63,474 nt of DNA, from positions 1 to 63,474 of IMG/VR virus record IMGVR_UViG_3300031754_000004. One strand, written 5' to 3'. The DNA is from a virus (Duplodnaviria > Caudoviricetes). How positions within the stretch are numbered: the stretch's first letter is position 1; each line of letters begins with the position of its first letter. Below are positions 30,535 to 38,936 of this stretch, piece by piece. The translations under genes were made by a program, and so were the position numbers. The notes beneath the pieces were generated by a model that searched no databases, was not told where the DNA came from, and worked only from the letters and a program-made list of their open reading frames with translations.

Positions 30535-30563
30535 TTTACAAATCGGGGCTGACCGGGCATAAT
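30535..30563 (+). promoter_or_regulatory. Sigma70-like promoter (leaderless spacing)
   Basis: TTTACA-17 nt-CATAAT; ATG 6 nt after the -10 box. Confidence 0.65.
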
Positions 30564-30569
30564 ATCGGC

Positions 30570-31187
30570 ATGAGCGTTATCAAATCACAGGACGCCAATC
30601 CCTCGTCACTGGCCTCTAGTCAACATTCACTGGGCACAGGCGACCCGTCACCGGCCACAGTCAAGCCGCCTGAGTCTCTTGGTACACCGTCTGAGATACG
30701 AGGCGCACCGCCTGAAGCACAACGACCGTGGCCGCACGGTATCGGCGACCCACTAGGGCCTACTCCATTTGCCGAAGCGGTTGACAAAGTGAAAGTCCAA
30801 GGACACATTGCTGGCGACCCGTCGTTGGCCGCTGTAAAAACTGAGTTGGAGAAATATGATGCACGGGGGCCACGCGACCCGGCACGGGCAGATTTCAAAT
30901 CAGAACGTTGGTGCGACCCGTGGCGGCGTGATATTGGCCGTCATTATGTTCGTCCGTTGACGCCATCCGAGCAGCGTGTCATTGAGCAGGAGCCCACGGT
31001 GCAAAACGTCCTCGCCGCCGGGGGTACTGCCAATCACGTCACCTACGCGCTTATCGTGCGTATCCATGAGCTCCGCGCAGAGCTTGTTGAGACTCGTGCA
31101 ATCATACCGCAACGATACAAACTTCGCAACGGGCGTATCCTGCGCTGGGATTGTCCGGATGATAAAATTCCAATCACTGACCTATGA
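30570..31187 (+). CDS. Hypothetical early protein
   Basis: Likely start ATG 30570; stop overlaps the next ATG. Confidence 0.65.
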   Translation: MSVIKSQDANPSSLASSQHSLGTGDPSPATVKPPESLGTPSEIRGAPPEAQRPWPHGIGDPLGPTPFAEAVDKVKVQGHIAGDPSLAAVKTELEKYDARGPRDPARADFKSERWCDPWRRDIGRHYVRPLTPSEQRVIEQEPTVQNVLAAGGTANHVTYALIVRIHELRAELVETRAIIPQRYKLRNGRILRWDCPDDKIPITDL

Positions 31188-31969
31188 TTACCGCTGCCTG
31201 CCGGGTGTTACCGCGTGTTCTGGAAACGCAGTTTGTTTTGTCGCCGCTGCTGCCGCCGATGCCGCATCGTTGGTTGGATGTGGGATTATCCCTCGATGAG
31301 CGGCGCTATTCTGATTTGTCATGGGGATTGTTTGGTGCGGCCAGTAAGCAGGTACCGTTCGCGCGCGCCGGGTATCGGCAATTCGTCACCGATGACGCGC
31401 CACCGTTGCCTGACAAGCCCGATGATAAGCAGGTCGCCGGGAACATGGAAGTATTCGACAAGACCAAATCCGTTCATTCCCGGCAATGGCTGGATTCATT
31501 CATGGTTTGCCGTTTGTGTGAGGAACTCTGTCACAACCAGAATAACTATTCGCATTGCTGCCACGACATTCTGATGACCGTCACCGGCGAGCCGTATGAC
31601 ATCGCCTTGGCTAATCGCAAGAAAGTGGAAGCGGTTCCGAGAACTCGGAAATCGAAATTCAAACACGTTTACTACGTCTCGGCCACGAATCGCTGGCGCG
31701 TGTTCATCACGGTCGGCGGACAACGGCTTTACTTCGGATTGCACGAGCACGAGGAACAGGCCGGCGAAGCGGTGGACAACTTCTTGTACTACGCATGGCA
31801 GGAGCATTTGATTCACGCGCCTGCTCATTTCAACTTCCCGCTGATTTACAGCCGGCAGGTGGATGTTCCCGCGCCGTTCCCGTTCACGGAAAAAATGCTG
31901 CCGCGTCTCCGGCAGATACTAAACAGCGACGAGACTCGATTGCGCCGCGGAGCGGTGGAGGCGTTATGA
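31184..31969 (+). CDS. AP2-like DNA-binding domain protein with Cys cluster
   Basis: SKFKHVY...WRVFI...LYFG...EEQAGEAVD...FNFP. Confidence 0.7.
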   Translation: MITAACRVLPRVLETQFVLSPLLPPMPHRWLDVGLSLDERRYSDLSWGLFGAASKQVPFARAGYRQFVTDDAPPLPDKPDDKQVAGNMEVFDKTKSVHSRQWLDSFMVCRLCEELCHNQNNYSHCCHDILMTVTGEPYDIALANRKKVEAVPRTRKSKFKHVYYVSATNRWRVFITVGGQRLYFGLHEHEEQAGEAVDNFLYYAWQEHLIHAPAHFNFPLIYSRQVDVPAPFPFTEKMLPRLRQILNSDETRLRRGAVEAL

Positions 31970-32283
31970 GTGAAGTCGAGTCAAAATATCGATGGGTAAA
32001 AGTTCTACCGTCCGGGCAATTTCGTGCAGGCTTTTATGTCCGCGATTTTTTTATTCATTTAGGGGATTATGTTGAGGAGGATACCGCCGCCGCAGCCGCG
32101 GATAACTTCTTCTATTGGGCCGCAGATAAACGGTTTGTTTGGCGCACCTTTCCATTTAATTTCCCTTTCTTATATGAGAAAGGCGCGGTCATTCCGGGGC
32201 CGTCTGGCTGGACACGTCTTGCATTTTTTCAATGGCCTAAAATTCAAGGGCAAGTAAACGACAATGAATTAACTCTATTATGA
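31966..32283 (+). CDS. AP2-like domain protein
   Basis: SKYRWV...HLGDY.EED.AAAAADN...FNFP; paralogue of the upstream gene's C-terminus. Confidence 0.7.
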   Translation: MSEVESKYRWVKVLPSGQFRAGFYVRDFFIHLGDYVEEDTAAAAADNFFYWAADKRFVWRTFPFNFPFLYEKGAVIPGPSGWTRLAFFQWPKIQGQVNDNELTLL

Positions 32284-32642
32284 GACGTTACGAAAAAATA
32301 CGCCGCGGGAAACTCAGCGCGCGCGGCGTTCGGGACGCGCTGAACGACATAAACAAGCTTGTGGAGACTGGCTCTGTCACCGCTAAGAATGTGCTGGCGG
32401 TTCTAGCCCGGCTTTACCGGATACTGGGCGTTCGCGTGCCGGTTGATATAATTGATGAGTCGCCGGGACACGTCATTGACCTTGCGCCGTCCGACCCGCA
32501 TGTGCGTCCTATTTTTATTTCGGCATTTCAAATCAAGCCCAAACCTTCCCCGACTCCGCCTGAACCGACATATATTGGCGACCCGGTTCCGCCCACGTTT
32601 GTAGTCGGTGACGACCCGAATGCGCCGGTACCAACCTACTGA
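32280..32642 (+). CDS. Hypothetical protein
   Basis: Overlapping start and stop with neighbours. Confidence 0.6.
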   Translation: MRRYEKIRRGKLSARGVRDALNDINKLVETGSVTAKNVLAVLARLYRILGVRVPVDIIDESPGHVIDLAPSDPHVRPIFISAFQIKPKPSPTPPEPTYIGDPVPPTFVVGDDPNAPVPTY

Positions 32643-32896
32643 TGAGTGTGTACGTTGACAACGCACGCATGAGCTACCGCGGAATGCGGATGTGCCACAT
32701 GCTCGCCGATTCCTCCACCGAGCTTTTCTACATGGCGGACAAAATCGGTGTAAAACGAAAATATATTCAATTCCCCGGCACATGGCGCGAGCACTTTGAC
32801 ATTTGTTTGACCAAACGTGCGCTTGCGGTTGCCGCCGGCGCAATCGAAGTATCTCAGGCTGCGCTTGCCCACATGCGCGCGCTTCGACGGCCCTAA
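32642..32896 (+). CDS. DUF4031-family protein
   Basis: VYVD...CHMLAD...EL...IG...Q...HFDI...RALAVAAGA. Confidence 0.85.
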   Translation: MSVYVDNARMSYRGMRMCHMLADSSTELFYMADKIGVKRKYIQFPGTWREHFDICLTKRALAVAAGAIEVSQAALAHMRALRRP

Positions 32897-33149
32897 TCAC
32901 TTGTCTCTCGCCACAGGTAAAGTGTAATTCGTTCCACGGCATCGGACTTTCTTCGCCGAGACTAGAGTTAATTAAAACGGATTTTTCTAAAAAGTCACCC
33001 TTGGTTAATTGACTGGCAATCCGATTTATTTTTCCGTTTCTTCGTAAGTCGTTGATAGTCAACATAACAAAGTTCTGGCCTTTATTGCGGGACGGGTGTA
33101 TTCTTTAACCATGAGCGCGGCATAACCAACGCGCCGTAGAAAGAACAAA

Positions 33150-33413
33150 ATAAACATTACGAACATTGGCAGTAACCAAACCGAAGTCCGGTTGAACAAC
33201 GGGAAGCTAATTCTCATCAGTTATCAGACACCCGTTGCGGCGTTCACTCCTGCAACGCCGGGATTTAGTTCAGAACGATATGTAATGAATCGGAAGTACA
33301 GTGCCACAACCACGCGCCACATAAACTCATGGCTAAAAACAGTAGGATTAACAGCGCGCCCAGTTGAAATTCGGCCACAGGCATTTTTTGACGAGCTTTT
33401 GGCGAATGCTTGA
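33150..33413 (+). CDS. Small early phage protein (SYQTPVA...SATTTRHIN); start codon uncertain (ATA 33150 or TTG 33192)
   Basis: In-frame NITNIGSNQTEV lies upstream of the track's start. Confidence 0.6.
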   Translation: MNITNIGSNQTEVRLNNGKLILISYQTPVAAFTPATPGFSSERYVMNRKYSATTTRHINSWLKTVGLTARPVEIRPQAFFDELLANA

Positions 33414-33438
33414 CACCGCAACCGACCTGAACTATATT
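33410..33438 (+). promoter_or_regulatory. Sigma70-like promoter (leaderless spacing)
   Basis: TTGACA-17 nt-TATATT; ATG at 33445. Confidence 0.75.
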
Positions 33439-33444
33439 GACACC

Positions 33445-33771
33445 ATGAAAACGAAAAACAAACACACTCCGTCGCTCGTGCAAATGAAAACATTTCGCGT
33501 GGCGGCGGTATCGGAAAACACAAACTCCTTCGGGCTTACCGGCGTAGTGCTGGTGGCGCGCGATGGCGAAGCTTACGAGGCCGCGACCTACACGCTTGGA
33601 GCCGGCTTTGAGTTGGCGACAGGCACGGACATCACGTTGCCTATATGCAATGCCTATGCAACTGGACTTGACCGTTACTCATGGCACTCCACGAATGGCC
33701 GCGGGTTTGAAATCCCGCGCGCGCTGCCGTTGTGCCCGGTGCCAGTTTTGAATGAGTTGTACCCCGCTTGA
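33445..33771 (+). CDS. Hypothetical early protein
   Basis: ATG directly after the promoter. Confidence 0.65.
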   Translation: MKTKNKHTPSLVQMKTFRVAAVSENTNSFGLTGVVLVARDGEAYEAATYTLGAGFELATGTDITLPICNAYATGLDRYSWHSTNGRGFEIPRALPLCPVPVLNELYPA

Positions 33772-34052
33772 TGCCATTTATGAACAAATACGACGCAAAA
33801 CTCGTGCAGGCTCTAATAGGGCGCAAAGCGAAATCCCGTCCAAATCGGGCTATCCAACTAGAGCCCAAGACCACGGAGCGCCGGAAACTGGCAGCGGATA
33901 ATCTGGTTCGGGCCATAAATGTTTACGCCGCCGAGGAGGTTGTCGGCCTCCAAGCTTCCGGGGAATACACTGTGGCGATGGTTGCGGACTGGACATTGGC
34001 GTTCTGCAAAGGTGTAACCAACGAAATGAAACGGAGCAAACGAATTTTATGA
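33771..34052 (+). CDS. Hypothetical protein
   Basis: Coupled to both neighbours. Confidence 0.6.
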   Translation: MPFMNKYDAKLVQALIGRKAKSRPNRAIQLEPKTTERRKLAADNLVRAINVYAAEEVVGLQASGEYTVAMVADWTLAFCKGVTNEMKRSKRIL

Positions 34053-35002
34053 CATACGACGAATTAAATAAAAAATTAGGCGGTCGAGAAGTGGCCGAAA
34101 ACTGGCGACAAGCTTCTGGCGGCGGTTGGATTCACAAATCTGCCACCGTCTGGAAGGAATGTGAAAACAACGTTCAGGAAAACGCTATTGTGTGGGGCAC
34201 GGTTTCCGGTGCCGCGCAGGTTTCCGGTGCCGCGCAGGTTTACGGTGACGCGCAGGTTTACGGTGCCGCGAAGGTTTTCGGTGACGCGAAGGTTTCCGGT
34301 GCCGCGCAGGTTTCCGGTGCCGCGCAGGTTTCCGGTGCCGCGAAGGTTTTCGGTGACGCGAAGGTTTACGGTGACGCGCAGGTTTCCGGTGCCGCGCAGG
34401 TTTACGGTGACGCGCAGGTTTCCGGTGCCGCGCGGGTTTCCGGTGCCGCGCAGGTTTCCGGTGCCGCGCAGGTTTACGGTGACGCGAAGGTTTCCGGTGC
34501 CGCGCGGGTTTCCGGTGCCGCGAAGGTTTTCGGTGACGCGAAGGTTTACGGTGACCCGCAGGTTTACGGTGACGCGAAGGTTTCCGGTGCCGCGCAGGTT
34601 TCCGGTGCCGCGCAGGTTTACGGTGACGCGCAGGTTTACGGTGCCGCGAAGGTTTTCGGTGACGCGAAGGTTTCCGGTGCCGCGCAGGTTTCCGGTGCCG
34701 CGAAGGTTTTCGGTGACGCGAAGGTTTACGGTGACGCGCAGGTTTTCGGTGACGCGCAGGTTTCCGGTGCCGCGCAGGTTTACGGTGACGCGTGGGTAAA
34801 GCCAGTTCTTTTTCTACTAGACTCTCGTGGGCATGGCTGTACGAACTGCAAACATGGATGGTTAAAAATCGGCTGCGAGGAACACACGTTTGCCGACTGG
34901 AAGAAACATTTCAAAGGGATTGCTCGAAAACATTCTTTAACTGAAGTGGAGTTTAAGGAGTACAGTGCAATCGTGAAATTATTTTCCGAGATTGGCCTAT
35001 GA
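34049..35002 (+). CDS. Hexapeptide-repeat (left-handed beta-helix) protein
   Basis: (V[SYF]G[AD]A[QKR])n; C-terminal IGCE.H...W domain. Confidence 0.88.
   Translation: MTYDELNKKLGGREVAENWRQASGGGWIHKSATVWKECENNVQENAIVWGTVSGAAQVSGAAQVYGDAQVYGAAKVFGDAKVSGAAQVSGAAQVSGAAKVFGDAKVYGDAQVSGAAQVYGDAQVSGAARVSGAAQVSGAAQVYGDAKVSGAARVSGAAKVFGDAKVYGDPQVYGDAKVSGAAQVSGAAQVYGDAQVYGAAKVFGDAKVSGAAQVSGAAKVFGDAKVYGDAQVFGDAQVSGAAQVYGDAWVKPVLFLLDSRGHGCTNCKHGWLKIGCEEHTFADWKKHFKGIARKHSLTEVEFKEYSAIVKLFSEIGL
34202..34795 (+). repeat. 33 x 18-bp coding tandem repeat
   Basis: GTTT(C/A/T)CGGTG(C/A)CGCG(C/A)AG units. Confidence 0.95.
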
Positions 35003-35379
35003 TTCCATCTTTCCATTGCTCTGACGCCGGGCGCAGTATCTACGCGCCGGCGGAGAAGAACGATTGCACGGTGCGCGCCGTCGCCGCGGCGTTTGGCGTG
35101 CCGTACCCGGAGGCCCACAACCGGCTGGCACTGTTGGGGCGTCAGCCCCGACAGGGAATGCACTTTGGAGTTTACGCCGAGCGACTTGGGCTGTTGGCTC
35201 GCGAGGAACTCTCGTGGATACGGCTCCATGAGGTTATGCCTAAGCTTGACCCGGCCAAGTGTTTCATCATCACGACCGCGACCCATGCTTTCGCTGTAGT
35301 GCGCGGGACGATATGGGACAGCCTTTTACCAAAGGCAACAACCAAGACCATGATGGTTTACGAGGTTCCAATTTTATGA
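34999..35379 (+). CDS. Papain/C39-like Cys-His-Asp phage protein
   Basis: NDCTVRAVA...Y...HAFAVV.G.IWDS. Confidence 0.65.
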   Translation: MIPSFHCSDAGRSIYAPAEKNDCTVRAVAAAFGVPYPEAHNRLALLGRQPRQGMHFGVYAERLGLLAREELSWIRLHEVMPKLDPAKCFIITTATHAFAVVRGTIWDSLLPKATTKTMMVYEVPIL

Positions 35380-35669
35380 GCAAACCAAAATATGTTGCCC
35401 GCTTTGACGGATTCGAGATAGCGCTGACCGCTGATGACGCGCTGGCAATTAACCGCGGCACGATGGACGACCTTCACGCGGTTGCCAAGATAAACCATTA
35501 TAGGATTGCGAGAACCGTGGGAGCTTCTCCGGCGCGCGCCGAACTGGAACGCCAAGGACTGTGGAGTAACCACTTTGTCTATAACATTGAGGCTTTCATC
35601 CGGGCGCTTTTGGTATTGGCGGCGGAGCAAATTTGTGAAAATAATCAGTTGACAAACATTCCCCGATAG
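35376..35669 (+). CDS. Hypothetical protein
   Basis: ATGA overlap with the upstream stop. Confidence 0.6.
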   Translation: MSKPKYVARFDGFEIALTADDALAINRGTMDDLHAVAKINHYRIARTVGASPARAELERQGLWSNHFVYNIEAFIRALLVLAAEQICENNQLTNIPR

Positions 35670-35677
35670 GGGATAGT
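35649..35677 (+). promoter_or_regulatory. Sigma70-like promoter
   Basis: TTGACA-17 nt-GATAGT. Confidence 0.55.
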
Positions 35678-36018
35678 ATGTTACACAGCGGCAACGCTTA
35701 CAGAAAGAGAGAAAAATGAAATGAATGCAAACTTGAACGCGCCCGGTTACGCAAAGCCGGTGACGCTCCAACAGTGGGAAGCCCGTATGGCCCGCAAGGC
35801 CAAACGCTCCCCACGAATTGTGGCCCCGAAACTGACCACACAGCCGACCCGCGTGGTCGCCTGAAACCTTGCCCGGTGGAGTTTATGCTGCGCCGGGCAA
35901 CAATTTTGAAATGGTGGAATGAACAAACGAATCCAAAGAAAACCTGCCTACAAGCATCGCGCGACCATCGGACGCTATGCTTGCTGGTGTGGACGACGAT
36001 TCTAGCGGCGCAGATTCT

Positions 36019-36886
36019 ATGAAAGTTACCTCCCTCCAAATTTTGAACATAGGGCTCATCGAGGATGAGACGATTCAATTCGACAAGCCGCTGTTGTTGT
36101 TCTACGGACAGGTCAAACAGGGCAAGACGACCATCCTGAACGCGGTGCGTTGGGTGTTCGGCGGCTCATTCCCGGCGGACATCATCCGGCCCGGAGCCGA
36201 TATGGGAGTAATCAGTCTGAATTTTGAGAACGGCCAGCTTGTTCGTACTTTTTACCGGGCGGATAACGGGGAAATCAAGGCGCGTCCGCTCCGGCTGACA
36301 CTGGATGGAATATCAGTAGCGCGGCCCGTGGACAAGCTCAAAGGAATGCTAAATCCATTCCTGCTCGACCAGAATTTTCTGACCGGCAAGACGGAGCTCG
36401 AACGTAAGAAGTATTTCGCCGAGATGTTCAACACAAGCACCGCGGAGCTTGATGCGGAAGCGGCCAAGGCGAACACTGAAGCCGCGGAGCTCCGTTTCAA
36501 AGTGAAGGGTTATGGTGATATTGACTTGACCAAGCACGCTCACGTTTCTGTGAGCGACTTACGCGAGGCTTTACAAGCGGTTCAGGATTCCAATAAGCGC
36601 GCGCGGGATGACCATGCGTTTCGTTGTGCTGGTGTTCAAGCGGCAAATAAAACTTGGAGCGATAGTCAGACCAGCGTAAACGAATGGCGGGTTGAAGTTG
36701 AGAATTTGCGTGAAAAGTTGGCGGAGGCGGAGAAAGAAGTTCAGGCTGGCGTCGCATGGCTGACCGCTAATCCGGTTCTGACTACTCCGATTGAACCTAT
36801 CATGGCTCCGACGGCGGAGATTGAACAGAAAATATCGGATGTTGGCGCGCAGAACGTTCGTTGTGGACGGAGGGAAAATTCAATGA
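36019..36886 (+). pseudogene. Rad50/SbcC-like ABC ATPase, apparently internally deleted
   Basis: MKVTSLQILNIG...YGQVKQGKTT followed by coiled coil. No Walker B or signature motif. Out-of-frame remnant FVVDGGKIQ* at 36857-36886. Confidence 0.65.
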
Positions 36887-37155
36887 AAGGGAAAGTGTTA
36901 ATTCCCGCGGGGTGGCGGCGACTTCAGCCCGGAGAACACTTGCGTGAAGGCGCGCACTGGACGACTCCTTCTTTTATAGGGATTGTCCATTCGATTGTGA
37001 AAGCCCATACAGGCGTGGCAGAAGGTTATGTCGTAGTTCATAACGGCTCCACTGGGAAATATGGGCCTAACACTGTTTTCCTATTCCCCGACCTGAATAG
37101 TTTGAAAGACCGTTATGAACAAGTGGAATTACGACCCGTGGCCGATGCCTTATGA
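36883..37155 (+). CDS. Hypothetical protein (currently in frame with the ATPase)
   Basis: ATG 36883 overlaps TGA 36884-36886. Confidence 0.6.
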   Translation: MKGKVLIPAGWRRLQPGEHLREGAHWTTPSFIGIVHSIVKAHTGVAEGYVVVHNGSTGKYGPNTVFLFPDLNSLKDRYEQVELRPVADAL

Positions 37156-37261
37156 AATCGAATTCATGCTGCCGAACTGGAAAGATTGCACGTCTTGGAT
37201 TCGTGTGCATCCAAATTGGCTGATGGAAAGAATTTTAGCATGGGACAAACCATAAATTTAT

Positions 37262-37339
37262 TGCGGGGTGGAGCAGCCCGGTTAGCTCGTCACGCTCATA
37301 ACGTGAAGGTCGCTGGTTCAAATCCAGCCCCCGCTACCA
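37262..37339 (+). tRNA. tRNA-Met(CAT), initiator-like, variant anticodon stem, encoded CCA
   Basis: TGCGGGG/CCCCGCT acceptor stem with 1:72 mismatch, D arm GAGC/GCTC, anticodon arm TCACG-CTCATAA-CGTGA, T loop TTCAAAT. Confidence 0.95.
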
Positions 37340-37571
37340 ATTCCGACGACCCACGCGGAGCGCGTTCTGCGTCGTTGTCAAGGGTGAAGGAGCGCACAGG
37401 GGAGGCCGATAATACCGGCCACTTATCTCGGCCTTCATCTGAAGGAAGCGCGGGGCGGGGGACTTATGGCTTCCAGCCGGCGGCCTCGCCCTTTAATTTC
37501 CGGCCTCGTGGTGTCGCCGGCAAACGCCCGGCGGGGTTTCTTTGTTTTCCTCGCCGGGCCCCACTTTATCT

Positions 37572-37970
37572 ATGAATGGAGTTTACCTCGCCGGCCCGAT
37601 GCGTGGAATCCCGGATTTTAATTTTCCGATGTTCCATACGGTTGCTGCGAAGCTTCGGAAAGCTGGCTTTGGCCCGGTGTTCAATCCGGCAGAACACGAC
37701 GAGCAGAAATTTGGCAAAGGAACTTTTGTCAGTCGGAGCGGGAACGAAGCCGATTTGACCGTTCCTTTCAGTATTCGGGAAGCCCTGCGCGATGACTTAT
37801 GCTGGATTGCCGAACACGCTGACATGATGGTGCTGTTGCCCGGTTGGAACAAATCGCGCGGCGCGATAGCGGAGTACGCGCTGGCAAAAGCTTTGGGCCT
37901 GTCCGTCTGGACAGTTTCACCTGAGCTTGACTCCATAACTAAGTTAAATAAAGATTTGACAATTCTATGA
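37572..37970 (+). CDS. DUF4406 / nucleoside deoxyribosyltransferase-like protein
   Basis: VYLAGPMRGIPDFNFP.F...FNPAE...LLPGW.KSRGA.AE..LA..LG. Confidence 0.85.
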   Translation: MNGVYLAGPMRGIPDFNFPMFHTVAAKLRKAGFGPVFNPAEHDEQKFGKGTFVSRSGNEADLTVPFSIREALRDDLCWIAEHADMMVLLPGWNKSRGAIAEYALAKALGLSVWTVSPELDSITKLNKDLTIL

Positions 37971-38554
37971 CCCCAAAAAATAAATTGAAAAAAGTCGGTG
38001 AAGTAAATCACCCCAAATCAGGTATCATCATTCCGTACTATTTGGACGGCACGCAGTTTGTCGCTACTGTGTTTGAGACACAAATGAAAGCGCCGGACGC
38101 CTCTATTTTAGTGGAGAAAATCCGGGAACGTATCGAGCATTGGATTACCTTGGAGTGGCACCCCGTCATCGAGGTCAAAGTGTCCAATGGGTATTCGGGC
38201 GATAATCTCAGTTTGGAGTTTGAACGATATTATCTGTCAAAGGGGCCCGCCGGCTCGGTGTTGGAATGCTCCTGGGAAGTGGATGAAGTCCATCGTAAAG
38301 CGAAAGCGAAGTGGATGGAGGAGCGCGAATGCCATGAATTCAGATTGACCGACCTACCGTTGCGCGCGCCACTCACGATGCGCGGCGGCCATATCCTTCC
38401 GTATAGCGAACAGGTGTGGGAAACTTTGAACAAGCTTCAGGCGAACATTGAGCATCTCAAGAAGCAAATTAACGACCTGATAACCACGAAGGCCGGGATT
38501 CTTAAGCTTGAACGCGCCAGCGAATCGGTTTTGCTATTGGGCTCTGGAAAATAA
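37967..38554 (+). CDS. Hypothetical protein
   Basis: 195-aa coupled ORF. Confidence 0.7.
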   Translation: MTPKNKLKKVGEVNHPKSGIIIPYYLDGTQFVATVFETQMKAPDASILVEKIRERIEHWITLEWHPVIEVKVSNGYSGDNLSLEFERYYLSKGPAGSVLECSWEVDEVHRKAKAKWMEERECHEFRLTDLPLRAPLTMRGGHILPYSEQVWETLNKLQANIEHLKKQINDLITTKAGILKLERASESVLLLGSGK

Positions 38555-38557
38555 AAT

Positions 38558-38586
38558 TTGACAAGTCCCGGACGGTGTGGTATAGT
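38558..38586 (+). promoter_or_regulatory. Strong sigma70-like promoter
   Basis: TTGACA-17 nt-TATAGT with TGn extension. Confidence 0.8.
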
Positions 38587-38594
38587 ATTTGTGT

Positions 38595-38936
38595 ATGGAC
38601 GAAAAACAACCATCTGAAAATGAGTCTCGTTCCTGCGGGAAGTTCAACCGCGCTGCCATCCGGCGGTTCGCGTTGAAGGTATCCCAAAAGACACGGCTCG
38701 GCAAATATACACGAGTCAGCGAGGACTTCATCAACGAAGTTGAAGCTGAAATCGAATCGGCGTTCCGTGCGATGCGAAACATGACTGTCACTTCACCAAT
38801 GGGCGACGTTGACCCGGAGCAGGAAACGTTCCTGACAGGCCGGGGCTTGGACGAGCTCGCTGAAGCGTTCCGAATCAAGTCCGCGCGTATCATTCACGCT
38901 GCGGTGAACAAACGACGAACTGGTAAAACATTATGA
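38595..38936 (+). CDS. Putative histone-fold protein with insertion
   Basis: NRAAIRRFAL...TRVSEDFINEVE...IIHAAV..RRTGKTL. Confidence 0.55.
   Translation: MDEKQPSENESRSCGKFNRAAIRRFALKVSQKTRLGKYTRVSEDFINEVEAEIESAFRAMRNMTVTSPMGDVDPEQETFLTGRGLDELAEAFRIKSARIIHAAVNKRRTGKTL

Noticed and set aside
30414-30569. 5' extension of ORF 30414-31187
   Set aside because: Lies inside the inverted repeat; the promoter places the start at 30570.
34202-34795. Possible CRISPR array
   Set aside because: No unique spacers; it is an in-frame 18-bp coding repeat.
34161-34799. Alternative-frame (FPVPRR)n ORF
   Set aside because: By-product of a stop-free repeat.
37186-37575. 129-aa ORF
   Set aside because: Runs through the tRNA and structured RNA region; no protein-like features.
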